Origin: Omnitrophica bacterium GWA2_41_15
Lineage (GTDB): Bacteria > Omnitrophota > Gorgyraeia > Gygaellales > Profunditerraquicolaceae
NCBI GenBank assembly: GCA_919901915.1
Contig: CAKKQB010000013.1
Span: 64,192 to 128,191, forward strand
Length of the DNA: 64,000 bases
Direction of reading: 5' to 3'
Below the pieces are notes generated by a model. The model worked only from the letters and a program-made list of their open reading frames with translations. It was not told the DNA's origin and ran no database searches. The translations under genes were made by a program, and so were the position numbers. Shown here piece by piece: positions 26,622 through 37,700 of the stretch; the first letter of the stretch is position 1, and each line of letters opens with the position of its first letter.

Positions 26622-27499
26622 TCTCCTCTTCCCTCTCTATCAACGATTATTGCCGCGCCGTCTTTTAGGTCCTGCTGGCCGAAAACAATCACTATATCTC
26701 CTTCTTTTATCCCGGTTAATATCTCAAGCCTGTTGTTATCGCGCCGGCCCGTAGTAACCTTAGTTTTATTAGCAATATTACCCTCTGCCAAAAAGACAAA
26801 TTTTTCTCCTCCATCCTGCACAACGGCGTCTTGAGGTAAAACCAAAACATCGCTTAAAACTGAGGCAATAATTTTAATCCGGCAAAACATCCCGGATTTT
26901 AAATGATGGCTGTTATTCGGGATAGAGATTTCTATTGGCAGGGTGCGGGTTTGCGAGTCAACCATCTCGCTGACGCGCCAAACCTCTCCGAAAAATTCTT
27001 CACGCGGATAAGCCTCTACCGCAATGACTGCTCTAAGACCGCGTTTCATATAAGGTATATCCTGCTCAGGGATATTCAGCTGGACAATTACCTCATCCAT
27101 ATTTACGACAATTGCTACCGCGCTTAAGCCGGGCGTAAGGCTAGCCCCTTTATCAAGAAGGATTCTTCCGACAATGCCGGAAATCGGAGACTCAACTTTG
27201 GCTAATTCAAATTTTAATCCGGTTTCATCGCGGTCAATATTTGCCAGCGCCTGGCCTTTTTGCACTACATCCCCCTCCTCAACCAAATATTCAAAAAGCT
27301 TCCCGGTAACTTTAGAAAAAACCTTTGCTTCGTCTTTTGCCTTAAGGCTACCGACATAATCAAAGGATAAAGTAAAATTTTCTTTTTTTACCGGCGCGGC
27401 CTTAACAACTTGTTTCGCTTGCTCTGCCATGGCAGGGCAGACGAACAATAGAATAAAAAGATAAAGACAAATTTGCATTCTATATTTTGCATTTTTCAT
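26618..27499 (-). CDS. RND efflux periplasmic adaptor (membrane fusion protein)
   Basis: 293 aa, signal peptide, HlyD/AcrA-like lipoyl/beta-barrel pattern; 4-nt overlap with RND. Confidence 0.85.
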   Translation of the reverse strand: MKNAKYRMQICLYLFILLFVCPAMAEQAKQVVKAAPVKKENFTLSFDYVGSLKAKDEAKVFSKVTGKLFEYLVEEGDVVQKGQALANIDRDETGLKFELAKVESPISGIVGRILLDKGASLTPGLSAVAIVVNMDEVIVQLNIPEQDIPYMKRGLRAVIAVEAYPREEFFGEVWRVSEMVDSQTRTLPIEISIPNNSHHLKSGMFCRIKIIASVLSDVLVLPQDAVVQDGGEKFVFLAEGNIANKTKVTTGRRDNNRLEILTGIKEGDIVIVFGQQDLKDGAAIIVDREGRGE

Positions 27500-27501
27500 T
27501 T

Positions 27502-28764
27502 TTATATCCCTCCTGTTGCCTGCTCAAACTTTGCCTTAGCGATAATGTAATCGTAAATTGCCTGCTTTTGATTAAACAAAGAAACCTCGTATTTTAGCCC
27601 GGCATCACCCAAATCAAGGGAACTGCTCTGGCCGGCTTTGTATTTTTCCTGTAATACTAAAAATGTATTTTTATAAAGGCCCTCCTCGGTTTGGCTGGCC
27701 TTTATTCTGGCAATAGCGTTCTTCAGCTCTAAATAAGTATTTTTTAATTCCAAAGCGATATCCTTAACGGTTTTTTCTTTAATAAGACGCGTTGCTTTTA
27801 AATCCACGATTGCCTGCTCAATCTTAGCCTTGGTCAACCAACCATCAAATATAGGCCCGGAGAAAGTCAGGCCAATCACATTATAATCATTCTGGTTTTT
27901 TTCCATAGCTGTACTTGCGCGCGAACGGCCGTAATAATCCCAAGAGGCATAAATATCCGGACGGTTACCCGCCTTGGCAATTTCAATTGACCTCTTATCC
28001 GCGTTCTCCTGCGCCTCATATTGCTTTATTTCCGGCCTATTACGCATCGCTTTTAAAAATGCTTCATCAAAAGCAATCACGCGCTCTTCATAATTAAACA
28101 CGCCCGTTAATTTTATCCGCGCGTCAAAACCTAAATATAATAAATTTCTCAAAAGCTCTTCGCCTGTTTCAACCTGATTTAAAGACGCGCTATAAGCCTC
28201 TTCTGTTACGGCAAGCGACAACTGAATACCTAAAATATCAGATTCAGAAACCTCTCCGTTTTTATAACGTAAAAGTAAAGAATTCAAATGTTCTCGCGCG
28301 TTTTCAAGTATCCCTCTATTTAACCGCGTAAATTCCTCACTGAGAAGTAAAGCATAAAATGCCTTTGTTACGTCTAAAACTAATTCTAATTTTGTCTTAT
28401 CCATAATAGCCCGCGCCACTTCAAATTTAGCGTTATTATACCGGATAGTATTAACAACCTCGCCACCTCTATAAAGGTATTGTTTTAAAGCGGCTCCAGC
28501 AGTAGTTTGCGCCAAGTCCTTCGCGTAATACCCCCGAGTATCTGTCAGGCTTCCAGTAAGATTTAGCGTCGGGAAAAAACTGGCTTTACTCTCAGAGATT
28601 TTCTCTTTCGCTTTTTTAACATCTTCTGCCTTAAGCAAAATGCCGCGGTTATCCCGCAAGGCAATAACTATCGCTTCATCAAGAGTCAAAGTTATCTCTT
28701 GCGCGTGGACAATAGACGGTAAAAAAAAAGTAAGTACGATTAACAAAAAAAATAGTCTTTTCAT
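27502..28764 (-). CDS. outer-membrane efflux protein (TolC-like OMF)
   Basis: 420 aa, signal peptide, two OEP repeats. Confidence 0.8.
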   Translation of the reverse strand: MKRLFFLLIVLTFFLPSIVHAQEITLTLDEAIVIALRDNRGILLKAEDVKKAKEKISESKASFFPTLNLTGSLTDTRGYYAKDLAQTTAGAALKQYLYRGGEVVNTIRYNNAKFEVARAIMDKTKLELVLDVTKAFYALLLSEEFTRLNRGILENAREHLNSLLLRYKNGEVSESDILGIQLSLAVTEEAYSASLNQVETGEELLRNLLYLGFDARIKLTGVFNYEERVIAFDEAFLKAMRNRPEIKQYEAQENADKRSIEIAKAGNRPDIYASWDYYGRSRASTAMEKNQNDYNVIGLTFSGPIFDGWLTKAKIEQAIVDLKATRLIKEKTVKDIALELKNTYLELKNAIARIKASQTEEGLYKNTFLVLQEKYKAGQSSSLDLGDAGLKYEVSLFNQKQAIYDYIIAKAKFEQATGGI

Positions 28765-28766
28765 TT

Positions 28767-29117
28767 TTAAACGAAATTTTCTTGAACCAACATCTCCTTT
28801 ATTCGCGTCAGAATACGCAGGTAATCAAGCCGATCTTTTTCTGAAATCTTGCTAAAAATTTTAATAATCATCTCTCGCCGCTGGACATTGATCTTCTTAA
28901 CCAGCTTCGTACCGCGCAAGCTAAGTTTTACTTTAATAATCCGCCTGTCTTTAGAATCATCCTGTCTTAAACAATATCCGCCCCTAACCAGCCTATCCAC
29001 AGTGCCGGTCATCGCGGCGGTAGTCACGCGCATAAAACGCGCCAAAGCGCTCATCTTAGATTCGCCTACACGGTTTAAAGACTCCAAAATCAAAATTGTC
29101 AAGGAGTAACTACTCAA
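28767..29117 (-). CDS. MarR-family transcriptional regulator (short; TTG start in ORF track)
   Basis: wHTH ...SALARFMRVTTAAMTGTVDRLVRGGYCLRQDDSKDRRIIKVKLSLRGTKL; N-terminal dimerisation helix apparently missing; start immediately after terminator T-run, no SD. Confidence 0.65.
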   Translation of the reverse strand: MSSYSLTILILESLNRVGESKMSALARFMRVTTAAMTGTVDRLVRGGYCLRQDDSKDRRIIKVKLSLRGTKLVKKINVQRREMIIKIFSKISEKDRLDYLRILTRIKEMLVQENFV

Positions 29118-29124
29118 TAAAAAA

Positions 29125-29156
29125 AGCGCCTCTGCTTTCGCAGAGGCGCTTTTTTT
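29125..29156. terminator. bidirectional rho-independent terminator separating GOGAT-family gene/MITE region from marR-efflux operon
   Basis: A7-AGCGCCTCTGC-tttc-GCAGAGGCGCT-T7. Confidence 0.7.
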
Positions 29157-29161
29157 GTAAT

Positions 29162-29421
29162 AGTTCAGCTCTCGGAAGTACCCGTCGGTGTCATTGCGAG
29201 CCCGAAGGGCGAAGCAATCTCTTTAAAAAGATTGCTTCGTCGCTATCGCTCCTCGCAATGAGACTGCGTCATAATTCGGTTTTGGTGTCATTCCGGCGAA
29301 AGCCGGAATCCATTCTCCGGCAATAACACAACTCACTGGATTCCGGCTTTCGCCGGAATGACGAATTTTTAACGATTATGACACAGTCTGAATGACACAA
29401 GTACTTCCAAGAGCTGAACTA
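29162..29421. mobile_element. ~260-bp composite MITE bounded by 20-bp TIRs (AGTTCAGCTCTYGGAAGTAC) carrying a family C hairpin and a palindromic pair of family A hairpins
   Basis: TIRs at 29162-29181 and 29401-29421; internal gtcattgcgag...ctcgcaatgag (29188-29264) and 29286-29362. Confidence 0.7.
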
Positions 29422-29466
29422 TTACCTTTTTTTGTATTTCTTAAAACAGAAAACTCCTTAAGTCCA

Positions 29467-31110
29467 TTAGGCCGCCTTCATGATCTTCTTTGCCTTGGCA
29501 TCAGCCGCATCTGTAATAAACGCGATTCCGGTTTCCTTTTCAGTCTCACGGTTGGCAGAGAAAATATCATCCCGGGTAATTGTCTTGAGCGAAAATCTCC
29601 TCGCGCCAGCCATTAACTGCTGAACCCCTGCGGCTAATTTATCCGCCAATGTCCAAACAGCAACCGCGCCATACGGAATATTTTTCATTTCATCCTTGCC
29701 AACCTTTTTCTGCACATCATAGTATCCGGAAAATATCTCATCAACAGTAGCTCCGAATTCAGCAACCGAAGCAGGAAGCTTATCCCAATTGCCACAAACT
29801 TTTTCTTTTACTGCCGGATTCAATGCTCCCTCGATATTCGAGCCCAAAAATCCGGGAATCATCAACGAGCGGCCCATACAAACAAGTTTCGTATACGGAG
29901 CGCCTAAAGCCAACGCCTTAAAAATATGGTCTTCACGGGCTAGACCGCCAGCAAAAGCCATATCCACAACTTTCTTATCTTTTTTAGTAAGCATTTGCGC
30001 GTACTCATAAGCCTTAGCATGCAAAAGAAGAGAAGGAACTCCCCATGCCTCCATCATATTCCACGGGCTCATTCCAGTTCCGCCGCCTGAACCATCAATA
30101 GTAAGCAAGTCTAATTTCGCGTCAGTAGCGTATTTTATAGACATCGCCAAAGCTTCCATTCCGTAAGAACCGGTTTTTAAAGAAATGCGCTTATAACCGA
30201 TTTTACGCAAATATTTAACCGCCTTCATAAAATTTTCTCTCACAGCGTCAGAAGAAGATAGGCTTGTATAACCTAAACGGCTGTGGCGCGCGAATGACTT
30301 AATTGCTTTGTGTTTAAAAGCCTCTTGAACTTCCGGAATCGTAGGATCAGGGTCAACCACATAACCTCTTTTCTTTAAGAAAAGGGCGTAGTCAAGGCTA
30401 TTTACCTGAATTTCTCCACCGATACACTTTGCTCCCTGGCCCCACTTAAGTTCAATAATCGCCTTATCACCATATTTCTCAATCACGTATTCAGCAACGC
30501 CATTACGCGTATCTTCCACATTCATCTGCACGATAATCGCGCCATATCCGTCATAATAACGTAAAAATGTCTCAATCCTTCTATCTAATTCCGGCGCCTT
30601 CAAAATCCTGCCGTCTTTTATTTCCGCTTTCTGATCAATACCAACTACGTTTTCGCCAACTACAATTGGAAAACCTACTAGCGCCGCGCCTACAGCAAAA
30701 GATTCCCAATATTTAGCGGCAATAAATGTTGAGCCTAACGCGCCGGTCATCACAGGAATTTTAAACTTTGTCTTTACTTGCTGCCCAAATTCACCCTCAA
30801 GGCTTACATTCGGAAAAATACAATCATCTTCAGAATTGGATAACCCTTTTGGCAAACCAGTAACTCCGTAATTATATCCATTTATACGCAAAGAATTATA
30901 GCAAACACCCGTATGAGAGGTATTGGAACTGCCTGCTGTAGTAAAACTATAATCCCTGGGGTAGAGCATTTTTCTTCCCTTAAGGCTCGAAAGCCATGTT
31001 TCACATTTTCCCATACAATCAGCCCGGCACAAGGTGCATAAGCCTGATTCCGCGGGATTGCCTCTATTCACACTCCCTAAAGCATCATTTGTCTTTGGCC
31101 ATTGAATCAT
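29467..31110 (-). CDS. glutamate-synthase-family FMN-binding domain protein (archaeal-type GltB central domain, stand-alone) with N-terminal Cys cluster
   Basis: 547 aa; CTLCRADCMGKC; TIM-barrel FMN region with DGSGGGTG motif. Confidence 0.7.
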   Translation of the reverse strand: MIQWPKTNDALGSVNRGNPAESGLCTLCRADCMGKCETWLSSLKGRKMLYPRDYSFTTAGSSNTSHTGVCYNSLRINGYNYGVTGLPKGLSNSEDDCIFPNVSLEGEFGQQVKTKFKIPVMTGALGSTFIAAKYWESFAVGAALVGFPIVVGENVVGIDQKAEIKDGRILKAPELDRRIETFLRYYDGYGAIIVQMNVEDTRNGVAEYVIEKYGDKAIIELKWGQGAKCIGGEIQVNSLDYALFLKKRGYVVDPDPTIPEVQEAFKHKAIKSFARHSRLGYTSLSSSDAVRENFMKAVKYLRKIGYKRISLKTGSYGMEALAMSIKYATDAKLDLLTIDGSGGGTGMSPWNMMEAWGVPSLLLHAKAYEYAQMLTKKDKKVVDMAFAGGLAREDHIFKALALGAPYTKLVCMGRSLMIPGFLGSNIEGALNPAVKEKVCGNWDKLPASVAEFGATVDEIFSGYYDVQKKVGKDEMKNIPYGAVAVWTLADKLAAGVQQLMAGARRFSLKTITRDDIFSANRETEKETGIAFITDAADAKAKKIMKAA

Positions 31111-31398
31111 TTTAATTCTCCTTTTCTATTTGTTACACAATTTCTCTGCCTATAGCTTTGGCTATCGAAAGCCAAAGCTAAAAATTAAAAAGACACCTTA
31201 GAAAGTATTCAGAACGTCTTTGTTCTATACTTCTTTCGAAAAACCCAACCTGCTTCTTTGCAAGTTCCGGCTGTCTTAAATTATTGACAAAATCTTAGCA
31301 CCGAAACAACTTTTGTCAAGAAAAATAAACACGAATTACCACGAATTTTCACCCCACACCAATACATTAGTAACCCGCTTTGTCGTATCGAGCGCTCT

Positions 31399-31466
31399 TT
31401 TTGGGCGAGCAAGCTCGCCCCTACGAATCGTCGTATACATCGCGTAGGGGTGGGCTTGCCCACCCT
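31399..31466. repeat. family E triple overlapping hairpins (GGGCGAGCAAGCTCGCCC / CCCCTACG..CGTAGGGG / GGTGGGCTTGCCCACC) downstream of pyrG
   Basis: 29-bp core TTTTGGGCGAGCAAGCTCGCCCCTACGAA shared with 33203-33231. Confidence 0.65.
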
Positions 31467-31527
31467 ATGTTGATTATTAAATTCGTAACTATGTTCACAA
31501 TAAATACAAAACAACGAAAATTTGCTA

Positions 31528-33186
<1,659 letters not shown>

Positions 33187-33202
33187 TCATCTTATAATTT
33201 CT

Positions 33203-33300
33203 GTTTTGGGCGAGCAAGCTCGCCCCTACGAAAAATTATCATCGTCCGGTCAAACCCCGGAATCGTACGGGACAGGCATGGCTACCCCCTACACGAGCGA
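33203..33300. repeat. family E copy upstream of pyrG
   Basis: same 29-bp core. Confidence 0.65.
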
Positions 33301-33322
33301 CAATCCCTATTATAGGATATTT

Positions 33323-34750
33323 TTAGATAATCGGCAAATTATTTTCTTGCGTCAAATACTTATCCATAAAATCAGCGCAGCGCCTTCCTTCTGAAATGGC
33401 CCAAACAATTAAAGACTGACCGCGACGCATATCTCCACAAGAAAAAACGCCTCGCCGAGAAGTCAGAAAACTTTCTTTTAACAAGTTGTTTCTCTCTGGG
33501 GGCAAAAAACCCAAGGCTAAAATTACCAAATCCCCATCGAGTTCAAATTCGCTTCCGGAAATTTCTTCCATTACAGAATGGCCTGATTCATTCTTCTTGA
33601 ATTCAACCCGGCAGCAAGAAAGCTTTTTTACGTGTCCATTCTCACCAATAAACTTTTTTGTGGAAACCGACCAATCGCGAATTCCAGCTTCTTGGTGGCT
33701 GGTAGTAGCCTTAAGAAGCAGCGGATACTTTGGCCAGGGATAATCACGCGTGCGGGATTCAGCCGGCCGCGGCATAATTTCAATCTGGGTGACGCTCTTC
33801 GCGCCTTGCCTATGCGCGACGCCGATACAATCCGCGCCGGTATCCCCGCCGCCAATCACCACAACTTTTTTATCTTTAGCATCAATAAGTTCATCCGAAG
33901 AAAATTTTACGCCTTGCGCTCTTTTATTTGATTGAATCAAATAATCCATCGCGAAATATATGCCTTTTAATTCCCTTCCTTCTATCTTTTCAGCCGCAGG
34001 CTGATCCGCCTTCGGCGGAAGATCCCGAGGAATACGAGAACCGCAAGCTAAACAAATCGCGTCAAACTCTTTTCTTGAATAAGGCGCCTTTAAATCCATA
34101 CCCACATTTATGCCCGGCATAAATTTTATTCCTTCCTTTTTCAAAATTTCTAAGCGCCGATCCAAAATCCTTTTTTCTAATTTAAAATCCGGGATCCCAT
34201 AGCGAAGAATACCGCCAATTTTATCATCCCGCTCAAACACCACTACATTATGCCCCGCCTTGTTTAATTGATCCGCGCAAGATAAGCCCGCAGGGCCAGA
34301 ACCAATAATTGCCACTTTTTTTCCGGTGCGCCTCTTAGGCGGATTAGGCTTAATAAATCCATGTTTAAACGCGTACTCAATTATTGCCAACTCATTCTCT
34401 CTTGTAGTTACCGCCTCATCATTAATCTCTAAAACACAGGCATATTCGCAAAGAGCCGGACAAATTCTGCCGGTAATCTCCGGAAAATTATTAGTAGCCG
34501 AAAGCAGCAAATAAGCCTTTTCCCACTTGCCGCGAAATAACAAATCATTCCATTCCGGGATATAATTACTAATGGGACAGCCCCAAAGACAAAACGGCGT
34601 CCCACAATCCATGCAGCGCGAAGCCTGCTCCATAGAATGTTCGACTGCAGGTAATATGCCCACTTCGCGATAATCTTGGACGCGTTCACAAACAGGCCTG
34701 CATTTAGATACTTGCCTTTTAACTTTTAAGAAACCTTTAATATCACCCAT
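33323..34750 (-). CDS. gltD: glutamate synthase small (beta) subunit
   Basis: 475 aa; two Cys clusters, GSGPAGL FAD and NADPH Rossmann motifs; overlaps gltB by 8 nt. Confidence 0.9.
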   Translation of the reverse strand: MGDIKGFLKVKRQVSKCRPVCERVQDYREVGILPAVEHSMEQASRCMDCGTPFCLWGCPISNYIPEWNDLLFRGKWEKAYLLLSATNNFPEITGRICPALCEYACVLEINDEAVTTRENELAIIEYAFKHGFIKPNPPKRRTGKKVAIIGSGPAGLSCADQLNKAGHNVVVFERDDKIGGILRYGIPDFKLEKRILDRRLEILKKEGIKFMPGINVGMDLKAPYSRKEFDAICLACGSRIPRDLPPKADQPAAEKIEGRELKGIYFAMDYLIQSNKRAQGVKFSSDELIDAKDKKVVVIGGGDTGADCIGVAHRQGAKSVTQIEIMPRPAESRTRDYPWPKYPLLLKATTSHQEAGIRDWSVSTKKFIGENGHVKKLSCCRVEFKKNESGHSVMEEISGSEFELDGDLVILALGFLPPERNNLLKESFLTSRRGVFSCGDMRRGQSLIVWAISEGRRCADFMDKYLTQENNLPII

Positions 34751-37700
34751 CTGATGCCTCCACCAACTCTATTTTCTCTTCTGTTTTTCTGCCTCCTAAT
34801 ACACGTTTATATTCAATGGGCATAACTTTTACAAATTTTTTTAATTCAGGAGTAAAATTATCTAAGATATTTTTCGCGCTGGAACTGCGCGTATAATGAT
34901 AGTGATTAGAAAGCAACTTCTCGATTGTTCGCGCGTCTTCTTCGGCCACGGCCTCAAGTATTACCATTTCCATATTGCACTTATTCTTAAAATCTCCGTC
35001 CTTATCCCAAACATAGGCGATACCGCCTGACATACCCGCGGCAAAATTTCTTCCGGTTCTGCCGATAACCACAACTCTGCCTCCGGTCATATATTCGCAA
35101 GCGTGATCTCCTACGCCCTCAACCACCGCGTAAAGGCCGGAATTCCTGATACAAAATCTCTCACCGGCAATCCCGCGGATATAGGCAGAGCCTAAAATTG
35201 CTCCGTAAAAAGTAGTATTGCCAATAATAATATTTTCTTCTACTTTGTAATTTGATTGCCTATCCGGATAGATGATAATTTTCCCTCCGGACATACCTTT
35301 ACCTACATAATCATTCGTCAGGCCTTCTAACTCAAGAGTAACTCCTTTGGCAAGCCAAGCGCCAAAACTTTGACCTGCCACACCCTTAAATTTAAAGTGT
35401 ATCGTATTCGCGGGTAAACCATCCTCCCCAAAAATACGACAAACTTCGCCGCTTAACATCGTGCCGACACTACGATTATGATTTCTAATGGATAGCTCTA
35501 TTTTAATTGGCTTCCTATTTTCCAAGGCGCCCCGAGCCAATTCGATAAGTTTTCTATCTAGAATATTGTCAATTCCGTAATCCTGTTTATAAGGAGCCAA
35601 ACCACTGCCCTCTGGCTTGCGGCTCGGGCTATGGGAAGCCCGACCATTGCCCTTTGGCTGATATAAAATCCGGGAAAAATCTATTTTCTTTGCTTTCCAG
35701 GGAAGAATCTTGCTATTTACTTCCAACAAATCAGCGCGGCCAATCAGATCATCTATTTTAACAATACCTAAACTACTCATAATCTGACGCAATTCCTGGG
35801 CAATGAAACGAAAATAATTTTCTACATATTCCGGCTTCCCGCTAAAGCGTTTCTCTAAAAGTTCATCCTGCGTAGCCACGCCAAGAGAACAGTTATTTAA
35901 GTGGCAATGTCTAAGCATAACACATCCCAAAACAACTAAGACTGAAGTACAAAATCCAAACTCCTCCGCGCCCAAAAGCGCGGCCACAGCCACATCCCTG
36001 CCGGTGCGCATTCCTCCGTCAACCTGAAGCCTCACCCTGCTTCTTAAATCATTTAAAACCAGGGTCTGATGTGTTTCGGCAATACCTAATTCCCAGGGAA
36101 GCCCGGCATGCTTAATGGAACTTAAGGGGGATGCCCCGGTGCCGCCATCTCCGCCGGAAATCAAAATCATATCCGCGTGCCCCTTAGCCACTCCCGTGGC
36201 AATAGTTCCTACTCCAATTTCAGAAACAAGTTTTACACTAACGCGCGCGCGCGGATTAACATTTTTTAAATCAAAAATTAGCTGGGCTAAATCTTCAATA
36301 GAATAAATATCATGATGCGGCGGCGGAGAAATCAAAGTTACGCCGGGAGTTGTATAACGAATCTTAGCGATAGCCGCGCTTACTTTGTGGCCGGGAAGCT
36401 GGCCGCCTTCCCCGGGCTTAGCGCCTTGCGCGATTTTAATCTGCAATTCATCAGCATTTACTAAGTAATTCGTAATAACGCCAAAACGCCCGGAAGCAAC
36501 CTGCTTTATAGCGCTGCGCTTAGAATCTCCGTTTGGGAACGCGACAAAACGCGCTGGATCCTCTCCTCCTTCGCCGGTATTAGACCTACCCCCCAATCTA
36601 TTCATCGCGATAGCTATTGTTTCATGGCAAGCCTTACTAATTGAGCCAAAACTCATCGCGCCGGTAACAAAACGCCGGACGATTTCGCTAACCGGCTCTA
36701 CTTCTTCAATGGGAATAGGCTTAACTTCTTTAAATTTAAAAAGGCTTCTTAAAGTAGCAGGATTACTTGATTGATCATTAATGAGTTTCGCAAACTCCTG
36801 GTATTTTTTAGAATCATTATTTCTTACCGCACCCTGCAAAGCGGCAATACTATCCGGATTCCAAAGATGAAATTCACCGTCTTTCTTCCACTGATACAGG
36901 CCGCCAGTTGCTAAAAATGGCCTTTGTAAACCATCGACCGCGAATGCCTCTTTGTGCCTTAGAAGCGCTTCCTTCTCAATAATTCCTAAATCAATACCTC
37001 CAATACGGGAAACTGTTCCGGTGAAATATTTATCAATTACCTCTGAACTTAGGCCCAATGCCTCGAATATCTGCGCGCCCCGATAACTTTGTAAAGTAGA
37101 AATTCCCATTCTTGAGAGTATCTTTAGAATGCCTTTATCCACTGCCTTAATATAATGCTTTATCGCGGACTCTAAATCTAAGTCAACTTCCTTATCTCTA
37201 ATTAAAAAGGCGGCCGCTTCATAGGCAAGATACGGATTAATACAATCCGCGCCATACCCAAACAAGAGCGCGAAATGATGCACCTCGCGCGGAGAAGCGC
37301 TTTGAACAATAATACTTACCTGGGTACGCAGCGCCTTTCTTACCAAATCCTGATGCACACAAGCCGTTGCCAATAACGCGCTAAGGCAGGCCTTATCTTT
37401 ATTTATACCCTGATCACTTAAAATAACAAAAGTAAAACCCTCTTTTATCGCGGCTTCTGTTTCTTTGCAAATCCTGTCTAATGCTTTTTTAAAATTGTTT
37501 TTTTCTGAAATATTAAACAGAAGAGAAATTGTTTTTGTTTTAAAACCGTTCTTTTTTATATCGTGAATCTTTTTCAGATCTTCATTTGTCAAAATAGGAT
37601 TTTTTACTAATAACTTATGGCAATGCCGCGGCTGCTCATCCAAAATATTTTTTTGCGGCCCTAAATACGTATCAAGGCTCATCACCAGCTCTTCCCTGAT

